Shown here: positions 1-10,454 of the stretch, piece after piece
Position numbering within the stretch: the first letter of the stretch is position 1
How the letters are laid out: each line of letters starts with the position of its first letter
DNA from: an uncultured Verrucomicrobiae bacterium
GTDB lineage: Bacteria; Verrucomicrobiota; Verrucomicrobiia; Limisphaerales; Palsa-1400
Assembly: GCA_963702845.1 (NCBI GenBank)
Contig: OY969763.1
Location: 5,600,001 to 5,664,000, forward strand
DNA length: 64,000 nt
Direction: 5' to 3'
Position numbers and translations under genes: made by a program
Notes under the pieces: generated by a model
Database searches by the model: none
Seen by the model: the letters and a program-made list of their open reading frames with translations, nothing else
Told to the model about the DNA's origin: nothing

Positions 1-2192
1 ATTGGCGACGAACGCTTCGACGCCCATGCGGGTTTGCGGAAAACGGGTTTTGTATTTTTCGCCCCAGTTGGATTGTTTCACGTTTTCGCCGAGGGCGAAT
101 TTGATGCCCTGCGGTGCGGCGGCGAATTTCAGGTCTTCAGGGCTCGCGCCATCGCGCAGTTTGATGACGCAGTTTTGGCCGCCGATGGGATTGGCGGAAC
201 CGTGGAGCAGGTTGCAGGCGGTGACGCCGCCGGCAAGTTGCTCATATATATTCGGGGTTTCCGAATTGACGACGTCGCCGATGCGGACCATTGCCGTGCT
301 CGGGATGGTGCCTTCGTTGACGTCGCCCAGAATCATGCTGTGATTGTGGCAGTCGATGATGCCCGGGGTGACGTGTTCGCCTTTGGCGTCGACGACCAAC
401 TCGTCGCCATCACGGTCGTAATTGAATTGTCCGACTTCAGCAATTTTGCCGTCACGAATGAGGATGGAGGCGTTGGTCAGGATGCCGTCTTTGGCGCAGG
501 TCCAGATGGTCGCATGCTCAATCAAAACGGCTGGCGGATTTGTCAGCGCGCCGCGACCGTCTAAGGGCGAATGGGCGACACGCGGTTTTGGCGCTTCGGA
601 CTTTTTTGCCTTTCGCAGTTTTAGCTTTGGTTCCGTTTTCCGATTTCGCCTTCGCGATTTTCGTGGGTTTCTCTTTTTCGGCTTTCTCGGTTTCGGTTGG
701 TTCCGGTGCGGGAGATTTTTCTGGTTCGACAACTTTTGGTGTGGCGGGAGAAGTTTTGGTCGATTCTTCTTTTTTCTCGGTGGACGAGCAGGTTTGTATT
801 ACCGTCGGTTTTTGGTTCTTCGGAATCGGTGCGATAGAAGCGGCCATCGATCCAGACGCTCTGCACTTTGGATTCCGGATCGAAATAACCTTTGCCATTT
901 ACGACGGTGAGATTTGCGTATTTGCCGGCTTCGATCGTGCCGAGTTGGTTTTCCAATCCGCAGAGTGTTGCGGGAACAGTCGTCAATGCGGCGAGTGCGT
1001 CGGATTCGGAGAGGCCGCGTTGGATGGCGAGTTTGAGGTTTTTGCGGAAGGTTTTTTTGTCTTCCAACCCAAAAGTCGTCAGGGCGATTTCCAGTTTTTG
1101 GCGGCGTAGGAGGGCGGCGTTTTCTGGGGCCCAATCCCAGGCGCGGAGTTGGTCGAGGGAAACCTGGGTCCAATCGTCGTCGGTCGGGAGTTTCGGCGCT
1201 TCGGGAAAATTCAATGGGACGATGAATGGGGCGGCGGTGGCTTTCGCCAAATCCGGACGACGCCATTCCTGGCCGCTGGAGAGGATGCAGAAATCTAAAC
1301 CGATTTCGCGAGCAACACGGGCGGCGCGGTCGACCATCAACGCGCTACGGGGTTCGAAGGCGACGCGCATTTGTTTTTTGACGGCGGGTGCTAGCGCGTC
1401 GAGAGCTGGGTTGTACTCGGAGCCGTTTTCCATCCCTGAACTGCTGCGGACGTGGACGTCCGCACTCCGAAGGGCGTGTTGGGCGTCGAAGAAGGTTTGG
1501 CGGACGGCGGCGACGACGCCCATCAGAGATTCGGGATAGGCGTCTTCTTTCACGCCTTCTTCGAAGCCGACATGTTGGAATACATCGGGCCGGATGATGG
1601 CGCGATTGGGATCGGTATCGCCCAAAGCGACAAAAACGCTGGTGCCGCGAATGATGCCTTTGTCGGGCACGACATTGGCAGTGGTGAAGCCAAGTTCGCG
1701 CATGGCTTCAAGAGATTTTGCGTCGGGCGCGAAGGTCTTGGCCATGCGGCGCTCGGGAGTGATCGCGGGCAATTCTGAGCCGGGACCGGGAGCGCCGGGA
1801 TCGCGTTCGGAACCGGGGACGCCGAAGAATTTGATTCCGGCGGTAAGATCGTTGCGGTCTTTTTTGGCGCCGGGATCGGGAGAGCCGGTGGCTGAAAGTG
1901 TCAGGTAGGGGTCGATGAAGCCGGCGTAAATGGTGTTGCTCTTAAGGTTCCAAACACGAGCGTCGGGGGGGATGGAAATGTTCGCGCCGACTTTTTCGAT
2001 CTTGCCAGCGCGGATGACGACGGTGGCGTTGCTGATGACCTGGCCGGGTTTGACGACGACCGTCGCGCCGACAAGTGCATGGACACCAGCCGGAACAGGA
2101 CGGAAGCCGGGTGCGAGTAGTTCGGTGGCGGCATGTGCGCAGATCGCGAGGAGCGATACAGCGGCAATGAGCGTTTTGCGTAATGAAAACAT
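1..2192 (-). CDS. Secreted two-domain amidohydrolase-family protein (3' end outside window; two apparent frameshifts near 790 and 607)
   Basis: ATG at 2192 starts a signal peptide (MFSLRKTLIAAVSLLAICAHA). Domain 1 has YAGFIDPY and LGTIEAGKYANL; a K/E/P-rich linker follows in the next frame; domain 2 is in a third frame with HVTPGIIDCHNH, GSANPIGG and KFALGENVKQ. Confidence 0.8.
1445..1470. repeat. REP-like hairpin inside the amidohydrolase CDS
   Basis: TGCGGACGT-GG-ACGTCCGCA perfect stem; 13 nt (GTCCGCACTCCGA) identical to the intergenic palindrome at 44085-44097. Confidence 0.6.
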
Positions 2193-2465
2193 CAACAAAG
2201 GTTTTAGTGTGCGTGCGATGGGGGTGGTTTTCAAGCAGCGGGTTTTTAAAACACCAAGGCGCCAAGGCACCAAGGGGAGAATTGAAAACTTCAAATACCA
2301 AACTCCAAACTCCATAGAAACTCCAAAATCCAATATCCATGAGTGTTTCTGAGTGCGGAGAAAACGTGCGAAAATGGGGGTTAAAACAGCATGTGAAAAT
2401 TCACGAAGCGCAAGCGGGCGTGGATATTTTTGAGATTTGGACCCTTTGTATAAAACATTTTTTTT

Positions 2466-2510
2466 GGTGGCAATGGCCGGCAGTAGGTGACAGAGGGTGG
2501 CAGTAGGTGC
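2466..2510. repeat. Imperfect 4x10-bp tandem repeat next to a T-tract
   Basis: GGTGGCAATG/GCCGGCAGTA/GGTGACAGAG/GGTGGCAGTA/GGTGC, preceded by a run of T. Confidence 0.6.
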
Positions 2511-2752
2511 AATTTTCGATGGTTGAGGGTTGAGGGCTGGAAAGGATGCGTCGAGCTGCAGGTCCACGCGCACCATTCCAAAGCGGCAGGGGAGCTCAGC
2601 GTCTGCCTCGGGCACACGCGCTCCAAAACCTTCGATATCTTCGAGCATTTCCACATAACGAACCTTTCCATGTTTCCTCCTTCGCGTGAAGCTATGGAGG
2701 ACAGGCCGACGGGCGTGATTGCCCGGCGGGCACGCTCGTGCGTGCGGGTGGG

Positions 2753-2780
2753 ATTATGGCAGGAAGGCGCTACTCGTCAA
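2753..2780 (-). promoter_or_regulatory. Putative sigma70-type promoter
   Basis: Minus strand reads TTGACG-16 nt-CATAAT with an extended -10 (TGn). Confidence 0.45.
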
Positions 2781-2971
2781 AAAATGTAGGGAAAGGAGGG
2801 AAACCAGGGAAAGAAATGGCAGTTATTTGTCAGAAAAAGTGTCGATTTGAGAGGGGTGGCATGGAAGTTGAGCCAACGCAAAGGCGCGAGGATGCAAAGA
2901 CACAAAGAGGATTTGAAACACGGATGGAGAAACCACAGGGGCACAGAGACACAGCGCGCGTGGTGCGCGGT

Positions 2972-3826
2972 TTATCGACTTGCCACTGTGGTAACATTTG
3001 TGAGAGCGGCCCAGTCTTTGAGTCCGCCGGTTTGGCCCGCTATCCAACTTAGCGAAGGTGCTTCCTGGAGCCGGTAGGTTTCGACGTGACCGTCGGCAAA
3101 GGTTAGAGGATAGGAATTTGAGTGATGACGAGTCGGCAGGTCGAGTAGTCCACGTCGTGAAGTCGATTGCCCCATATCGACCAGAAACATGCCGTCATCA
3201 ACGCTGCTAGTATCTTCTTCAACAAAAACAAAAATACCCGCAGGTTTCGTAATCTGGTTTTGCCTCGTGAACAGTCTGAAGTTGCATTGGTCGATGGTCT
3301 GCGGGGAGAGCATGTTCACGTCGTAGGCTGTGCCAAAGGTCTGGCCGGCGAGATAGGAATTCATCGAATAGGTGCGGAGGATGGGCTGATTTTTGTACGG
3401 GCCAGTTATTTGAGTGGCGAGTCGTTTATCATCGGGACATTTATAAGGTGAAAGAGTTCGCACGTATGGCCAGAGGTCGCCGCGTTCGATGTCGAGCGGG
3501 TCTGCTCCTCGGTATGGATCCGTATAAATCGAACCTGCTTCATTACCCCAAACCCAACTATTCGTGTTGGTGGAGTAAATTGGATAACTGTAGACAAGTC
3601 TGTCGTTGTTCTGTGCGGGATACATGGCCCAGGCATAAGTCAGTTGGCGCAGGTTGTTCATCGACTGAACGAGTGAACTGTTGTTGTGGGTGCGGCCAAT
3701 GGCCGGTGCGACGATGATTGCGCAGAGAAAAACGATGGCGCCGGCGGCGAGCAGGTCGATGGCGGTGAAGCCCGACGCTGCGCGGCGCGTGATGCGCGAC
3801 TTATCGACTTGGAACTGTGGTAACAT
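2972..3826 (-). CDS. Prepilin-type N-terminal / H-X9-DG domain protein (paralog A)
   Basis: SG|FTAIDLL plus hydrophobic helix, SMNNLRQL, YKCPDD, YSMN and HSNSYPLTFADGH. The nearest in-frame ATG (3826) lies inside the upstream paralog. Confidence 0.8.
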   Translation of the reverse strand: MLPQFQVDKSRITRRAASGFTAIDLLAAGAIVFLCAIIVAPAIGRTHNNSSLVQSMNNLRQLTYAWAMYPAQNNDRLVYSYPIYSTNTNSWVWGNEAGSIYTDPYRGADPLDIERGDLWPYVRTLSPYKCPDDKRLATQITGPYKNQPILRTYSMNSYLAGQTFGTAYDVNMLSPQTIDQCNFRLFTRQNQITKPAGIFVFVEEDTSSVDDGMFLVDMGQSTSRRGLLDLPTRHHSNSYPLTFADGHVETYRLQEAPSLSWIAGQTGGLKDWAALTNVTTVASR

Positions 3827-4625
3827 TTGTGAGAGCGGCCCAGTCTCTGGTTCCACCCGGTTGCCCCGGCGCCCAATTTAGCGAATTTGCTTCCTGGAGC
3901 CGGTAGGTTTCGACGTGGCCGTCGGCAAACGCTAGAGGATAGGAGTTGGAGTGATGACGTACTGGGAGATCGAGAAACTTTCTCGCTCCGCCCATGTCCA
4001 TAATGAACATGCTGTCGTTGATGCTGGCGCCGTCCTCTTCGATGAGGACGTAAAGACCGGAAGGTTTAGAAAGTTGGCTTTCTTTAACAAACAAACGATA
4101 AGTGTCGCTATCCCAAGTTGACGGGCTTGTGATGGTAGCCAAACCAGGGTACGTCTCGCCAGCCATGTATGAGTTAACGGAATAGCTGCGGAGAATCAGT
4201 TGGTTCTTCAAGGCTCCGCTGGCCTGAGATGCCAAACGGTTGTCGGACGGACATCTGTAAGGTGAGAGCGAACGAACGTAAGGCCAGAGATCGCCACCTT
4301 CTATGCCGGCGGGATCCGCTCCGCCGTAACTGTATGAGCCGGCGGTGCCCGTCGAGTCAGCATTGCCTTTGCACCATGTGTTCTGATTGCCACCGAAGTT
4401 TGGATAGCTGTAAACGAGTCGGCCTCCGTTTTGCGCAGGATACATTGACCACGCGTTCATGAGTTGGCGCAGGTTGTTGATCGATTGGATAAGAGAATTG
4501 TTGCTGTGCGTGCGACCGAGCGCGGGAAGCACAATCAATGCGAAAATGAAAAGAGCAGCACACAGTGCAAGCAGATCAGCGCGAGTAAACGCGCCTCGGT
4601 CACGATGGATGGTTTTCGGTTTCAT
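3801..4625 (-). CDS. Prepilin-type N-terminal / H-X9-DG domain protein (paralog B)
   Basis: GA|FTRADLL plus hydrophobic helix, SINNLRQL, YRCPSD, YSVN and HSNSYPLAFADGH. Confidence 0.85.
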   Translation of the reverse strand: MKPKTIHRDRGAFTRADLLALCAALFIFALIVLPALGRTHSNNSLIQSINNLRQLMNAWSMYPAQNGGRLVYSYPNFGGNQNTWCKGNADSTGTAGSYSYGGADPAGIEGGDLWPYVRSLSPYRCPSDNRLASQASGALKNQLILRSYSVNSYMAGETYPGLATITSPSTWDSDTYRLFVKESQLSKPSGLYVLIEEDGASINDSMFIMDMGGARKFLDLPVRHHSNSYPLAFADGHVETYRLQEANSLNWAPGQPGGTRDWAALTNVTTVPSR

Positions 4626-4628
4626 GGC

Positions 4629-7600
4629 TTAGAAAGCGGCGACGCGGTAGATGCGGTGATCTCTGGTGGCAGAAGAGTCAGTGATCGACGCGAGATTGCC
4701 GGTGATGGTGATGGTGCCGTTGAGAATCTGCCAAGTCGCGTCGTCGATATTGTCTTTGTATTGGACGTGATAGGTCTGGCCCGGACTTGAAGGCCATGAA
4801 ATGGTTGTGCCGGTGTCTGAAACCGATACGGTTGCATAGAGGAACGCGAACTCGAAAACATCGGTGCCCTGGTTGAAGTCGCCGTTCACAAGATCGCTGC
4901 CGAAACTCGAGAACACGACGGTATGGCCATCCGCGGTGAACACGGGTGCGAACGAGCGGAGGTTGCCGCCGGATCTGGAGATGCGCCGGTGCTCAGGATG
5001 GAGTTTGTTCCAGTTTGCGTGTCGTAAACGAACAGGCGCGGGGCGCCGTTCGTGTCGGGAAATTCCATGTTCTGGACAAGGTTCGAAGAGGTGCTTCGAT
5101 AAACGATGTAGCGACCGTCAGCGCTAATATCCGGAAAGTCAGAAACGGCGCCGGCTGACTGGGTTGAATCGTATCGATGCGTGATCAAAGTGATGACGTG
5201 TTGGGCAAGGTCGTAGGTCATCAGGTCGGTCCCATTTCCATAAACCAACAGGCCGCCGCCGAAATGAGGAGCGTAGCGGGGCAATGCATTTGCTGAACCG
5301 ATAGCAGTGTCGATGCCGTGCGACAAAAGATGCAAAACGCCTGTTATGACATATGCGATTGAGGTTCCGTCCTCTGTGATCGCCAGACCCGGGGCTGAAG
5401 CGCTGGACGCCACAACAGTGCGAGAGCCTGTCGCCGATGACCAAAGCCAAAGTCCTGCGGTGCCGGAGAAGACTCCCGAGTAGACGACGAAGCGGCCGTT
5501 GTGTGTCATGGCTGCATCGACGAATGAGCTCGTGGTCAGCGCATAAATATTGGAGCTTTGCATGTCGCGCACGAATACGTTTTCACCGCTGAACCCAGTG
5601 TTGGTGGTGAGATTGTTGGCCTTGCTGCGGAAGAGAAGATATTTGCCATCGCCGCTGACGAACGGTGAATACGAATGGTTGTTTGCCTGTACGCCGGCAG
5701 CGGTTTGGCCTGCGAGAGTCATCGTTCCGGTTTGGAGATCCGCCACAAAAACGTTCTGATATCTGTTCGTGGCGCGAGTCATATTTGTCGAGTAACTGGT
5801 GAAGGCAACGTACCGACCATCGCCGCTGATGGACGGTTCGCTCGAGGCGCTATTGGCACTGACACCGTTGCTTGAGACGCTTACTAGTCGTGTCGTGCCG
5901 GTGAGCAAGTCGCGCACGAAAACATCGCGGCTGTTGTTGCTGTCGTTGGTGACGAGGTTTTCGGCCAGGCTGGAGAATGTGACAAAACGGCCGTCGGCAC
6001 TGACCGACCAGGGAGATAAGCTATTGAATCCGGCGGCGGTCGAACCAGCCGGCAAAGTTGGTTCGCGCGATGAGATTAGTTCGACGTAGCCGAGATTCAT
6101 GTCGCGCACAAAGATGTCGTGCGAACGGTTGTTGTCATCGGGAGTGAGTTGATTATCGAATGCATCGAATGCGATCGATCGCGCATCGCCGCTCAAGCTT
6201 GGCAGGGTCGTTGGTAACAGTGAAGCAATGGTACCGCTGGGGTTAATGTCAATTAACGTTGTGGTGTTCGATTGGAGATCATGAATGTAACAATGGAATC
6301 CCGCAGGCATGGCGTTGGTGACCAGATCGGGGGCATTGCTGATGAAGGTGACGAAGCGGCCGGTTGGGTCAATTGAAGGAGCGTCGCAAAGGTAATTAGT
6401 TGAGGGCGCGCCGTTGAGGTTGGCGCTCACCAAGGCGCTGACGCCGGTTTGCGCATCCCAGACTTTGATAGAGCTTCCCGGGATACCGGAGCCTGTACCG
6501 ACCATTCCAACCTTTGCCATGTAAACAACATATCGGCCGTCAGAAGTCATTTCGAGAGTGCGCACTTCTTCATTGGGACCGATAGGCGCGAACGCATTGG
6601 TCTCGATGATGTCGGTGATCGCGGTGGCGACGTTGTAGCGTAAAACGACGCCAGTAGGGCCAGTGGAACTTGAGACAGCTTGGGCGCTCTTGGCCTGAAA
6701 CGCGACGAATTGGCCGTCGGCGCTGATGCAGTGGTCGTAGGAAATGTTGTTGGGTGAGCCGGTATTGTTGGTCGCGACAATTGCATGGGCGTCGATGCTG
6801 GCGCAGATGGTCGTGCCGGCAACGGTGTCGCGGAGGTAGATTTCGCCAGCGTAATTTGTGATGGCGGAGACGAGGTTGGTCGCAGTGCTGTAGAAGGCGA
6901 CGTAACGGCCGTCGGGGGTGATTTCGGGTGATTCGGACGAATTAACAAACGGCGCTTGGGTGGTTGCCTTGGCTCCGACGCTGATCAGCGTCGTGGTGTT
7001 TGACCATGTGTCGCGCACGAATATGTCGGCAATGTTGTTGATGTCGCCAGAAACGAGATTGCTCGCGGCACTGACGAAGGCGATGTAGCGGCCGTCCGGC
7101 GTTATGACTGCGGAGCGCGATGCACCATTGGCAGTGCTTCCATCGGCGGCGACGCTGATCAAAGCGGTGGTGTTGCTTACAGCATCGCGCAGGAAAATGT
7201 CGGCGACGTTATTCGTGTCGTTTGGAACGAGGTCGCTGGCGCTGCTTTCAAAGGCGACGAATTGGCCGTTTGTCGAAATATCCGATGGAAGCGAATCGCC
7301 GTTGCCGCCGTTCAACTGAGATTGGTTGCCGCTAATTAACGTTGTCGCTCCTGAGGTTCGGTCGCGCAGAAAGACGTTTAGTTTGGCGGGGAATGTTTGC
7401 GAGAGCGGTGCGCCGTTGACGTTGGTTGCGAGGTTGGCGGCGGTGCTTGAGAACAGGACGAAACGGCCGTCGGGCGTCATCATCGGTGCCATCGAATCAC
7501 CGCCAGCGGAGGCTGGGACGAGGCTCGGGTCGGGAGCGGAAACGGTTTGGAATGGGCCGGCGGACAAATTCGCGCAAATGAGTCCTGTTGCTGACGCAAG

Positions 7601-7630
7601 CGCCAGTAGGGTTTTGGTATTCACTTTCAT
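4629..7630 (-). CDS. Large secreted TolB/PD40-like beta-propeller repeat protein with conserved C-terminal module (apparent frameshift near 4978)
   Basis: Signal peptide and many P-x-[IM]-[ST]-x-DGR-[FY]-V-x-F-x-S-x-A-x-NL repeats. The repeat pattern continues in ORF 4629..4943 after a 1-nt shift. Confidence 0.8.
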
Positions 7631-7847
7631 AATCCCACACCGAAAGGGGAGAGTCGGTCGAAAATGAGGCTGTCCCGACGGGTAATTTTTGTCAAACGCA
7701 GAACGGCGGCGGACGGACGGAGATTATTGAACAGAAGCAAACTAAGGGAACGAAGAGCGCGTTGTTACGAAGCATCATTGCCCTTGGTGGAGGACATGGG
7801 TATGCTTTACCTTTTGACAGCAAGCTAGAGACGCGAAACGTTTACAC

Positions 7848-8423
7848 ATGAAGGATTCTGAAAAAACGCAGCCAGCAACGGACACAGCCAATGATGGCAG
7901 CGTTCATGTTGAGGATTTGCCCGTCAACACGCCGCTGACAGCCCAGCAATTGGAAGATCTGAAGGAACGCGCTTCCAAAGCCGAGGAGTATTGGGACCGG
8001 TTGCTCCGGCAAACCGCCGATTTTGATAATTACAAAAAACGCGCGGCGCGCGAAAAGACCGACGCGATCAAATACGCCAACGAAGGTGTGCTGCAGAAGT
8101 TGATCCCGATTCTCGATAATTTTGAGATGGCACTCGCGGCGGTCTCGAATGACAAAGCGACCAATGCGTCGGCGCAGTCGTTGCAACAAGGTGTTTCGAT
8201 GATTCACTCGCAGTTGCGCAATGCGCTGCTTGATGCCGGTCTCGAGGAAATCGACGCCACCAACCAGGTTTTCGACCCCAATTTGCACGAAGCGGTTTCG
8301 CAAAAGGAAACGAACGAAGTTCCGGACGGGAACGTCGTCCAGCAAATGCGCAAAGGCTACAAGTTCCGCGAGCGATTGGTGCGTCCTGCCAGCGTTGTGG
8401 TGGCGAAGAAACCCGCCGCTTAA
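7848..8423 (+). CDS. grpE: Nucleotide exchange factor GrpE
   Basis: LRQTADFDNYKKR, LIPILDNFE, FDPNLHEAV, KGYKFRERLVRPASVVV. Confidence 0.97.
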   Translation: MKDSEKTQPATDTANDGSVHVEDLPVNTPLTAQQLEDLKERASKAEEYWDRLLRQTADFDNYKKRAAREKTDAIKYANEGVLQKLIPILDNFEMALAAVSNDKATNASAQSLQQGVSMIHSQLRNALLDAGLEEIDATNQVFDPNLHEAVSQKETNEVPDGNVVQQMRKGYKFRERLVRPASVVVAKKPAA

Positions 8424-8426
8424 ACT

Positions 8427-9560
8427 ATGGCAAAACGCGATTATTACGAAGTCCTCGGCGTCAGCCGCGGCGCTGAGGCGGAGGAAATCAAAAAGTCCTA
8501 TCGCAAGCTGGCCATTAAATTTCACCCGGACAAAAACCCCGGCGACAAAGCGGCTGAGGAAAGTTTCAAGGAGCTCGGCGAGGCTTACGAAGTCCTGGCC
8601 GATCCTCAGTCGCGCGCGGCCTATGATCAATATGGTCACGCGGCCTTTGATCCGCGGCAACGTGCCGGCGCGGGCCGTGGCGGCGGTGGATTCCATCGGC
8701 CTGAGGATATTTTCCGCGAGGTTTTCGGTGGCGGCAGTATTTTCGATGAGCTGTTCGGTGGCGGCGGGCGCGAAACGACCAATCGTGGATCGGACCTGCG
8801 CTATGACATGGAGATTTCGTTCGTCGAAGCGGCCCAGGGCACGGAGCGCGAGATCACTGTTAACAAGCCCGACGAGTGCGAGGTTTGTCATGGTTCTGGC
8901 GCGGAGAAGGGTGCCACGACTAAGAATTGCCCGACGTGCGGCGGTCGCGGCCAGGTGATCAGTTCGCGCGGAATTTTTAGCATCGCGCAGACGTGTCCGC
9001 GTTGCGAAGGGCGCGGCAAGGTGATCGATAAACCATGCCAATCATGTCGTGGACAAGGGCGCAAAGAAAAAACGTCGAAGATCAAAATCAAAATTCCGGC
9101 GGGTGTGGATACCGGATCGCGCTTGCGTTCCAGTGGAAATGGCGAGGCTGGTATTCGCGGTGGTCCGGCAGGTGATTTGTATGTCGTCCTGCACGTGAAG
9201 GAACACGAGATTTTCCAGCGCGAAGGGGATGATTTGATTTGTGAGGTGCCGATCAATTTTGTGCAGGCGGCGCTTGGGGCGGAGATCGATGTGCCTACAT
9301 TGAGCGGGACGGCGCAGATTCGAATTCCGCACGGGACGCAAAACGGCACGGTGTTTCGATTAAAGGGCAAAGGCGTCAAGAACGTGCAAGGGTATGGGTT
9401 TGGCGATTTGCTGGCGCGAGTGGCGGTGGAGGTTCCGAACAAGTTGAACAGCGCGCAGAAAGAGAAGCTGCAGGAATTTGCCGAGCTGTGCGACGAGAAC
9501 GTGCATCCGATTCGCAAAGGATTTTTCGACAAGGCGAAAGAGTTGTTTGGAGGGAAGTAA
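8427..9560 (+). CDS. dnaJ: Chaperone DnaJ
   Basis: J domain with HPD, G/F region, four CxxCxGxG motifs and C-terminal domain. Confidence 0.98.
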   Translation: MAKRDYYEVLGVSRGAEAEEIKKSYRKLAIKFHPDKNPGDKAAEESFKELGEAYEVLADPQSRAAYDQYGHAAFDPRQRAGAGRGGGGFHRPEDIFREVFGGGSIFDELFGGGGRETTNRGSDLRYDMEISFVEAAQGTEREITVNKPDECEVCHGSGAEKGATTKNCPTCGGRGQVISSRGIFSIAQTCPRCEGRGKVIDKPCQSCRGQGRKEKTSKIKIKIPAGVDTGSRLRSSGNGEAGIRGGPAGDLYVVLHVKEHEIFQREGDDLICEVPINFVQAALGAEIDVPTLSGTAQIRIPHGTQNGTVFRLKGKGVKNVQGYGFGDLLARVAVEVPNKLNSAQKEKLQEFAELCDENVHPIRKGFFDKAKELFGGK

Positions 9561-10316
9561 GTGCATCGCTTCTACGCGCCGAACACGTCAGCGACCGCTT
9601 CAGAGATAACTCTCGACGGCGACGAAGCGCATCATGCCGCGCAGGTGCTGCGCGTGCGTAAGGGTGAGCGGGTATCGGTGTTGAATGGCAAGGGCGACGA
9701 GTTCTTGTGCGACGTCGAAGAACCGACGCGCAAATCTGTGCGGTTAAAGGTGGCGGACATCCAGCAGTCGCCGACGCCGATTAGCGCAGTCACGCTTATC
9801 CAAGGGATTCCCAAGGGGAAGATTATCGAATCGATTATCCAGAAGGCGACTGAGTTGGGTGCGGCGCGCGTCGTGCCGCTTTTGTCGGAGCGCGTCGTCA
9901 CGCATCTGGACAACGACTCCGCCGAAGATAAACGCGATAAGTGGCAACGAGTCGCGATCGAAGCGTGCAAACAATGCGGCCAACGGTGGGTGCCGATGAT
10001 TGATGCGCCGATTACGACCACGGGTCTGCTGGCGCGTGGCGAGATTTTTGAGTTCGCGGTGGTGGGTTCGTTGGAAAAGGACGCTCGGCATTTGAAAGGC
10101 TATTTCAACGAATTTACATCGCGTGAAAAGCGGGTGCCGAAGACGGTGGCGGTTTGGATTGGGCCAGAAGGCGATTTGAGTCCCGGGGAATTGTCCGGAA
10201 TCAAACAATCGGGCGCGCATCCGATAACTTTCGGGCCACTGGTACTGCGTTCGGAAACGGCGGCGACTTACGCGTTGTCAAATATTAATCACGAGCTTCA
10301 GGCGGTTCTGCCCTGA
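9561..10316 (+). CDS. rsmE: 16S rRNA m3U1498 methyltransferase RsmE
   Basis: HAAQVLR, IQKATELG, EACKQC, IGPEGD, LRSETA; follows dnaJ directly. Confidence 0.95.
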   Translation: MHRFYAPNTSATASEITLDGDEAHHAAQVLRVRKGERVSVLNGKGDEFLCDVEEPTRKSVRLKVADIQQSPTPISAVTLIQGIPKGKIIESIIQKATELGAARVVPLLSERVVTHLDNDSAEDKRDKWQRVAIEACKQCGQRWVPMIDAPITTTGLLARGEIFEFAVVGSLEKDARHLKGYFNEFTSREKRVPKTVAVWIGPEGDLSPGELSGIKQSGAHPITFGPLVLRSETAATYALSNINHELQAVLP

Positions 10317-10454
10317 ATTCGGGCCGGTTTTTGGATTTTTCTTCATATCGTGCTGAAATACAGCCGTAAGCACGCGGTTTTTTGGAACCTTCTCCCTTGC
10401 TGGAGCGTCTCACTGTACGATATCTTATAGCAATAGGGACGGTGTTAAGCTGAA

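Noticed and set aside
2193..2654. N-terminal extension of ORF 621..2654
   Set aside because: It translates through repeat tracts; the signal peptide begins at ATG 2192.
2972..3960. Diversity-generating retroelement TR/VR pair in the pilin 3' ends
   Set aside because: Mismatches are not adenine-specific, both copies are coding, and no reverse transcriptase is in the window.
7631..7847. CIRCE/HrcA operator upstream of grpE
   Set aside because: No TTAGCACTC-N9-GAGTGCTAA-like inverted repeat is present.
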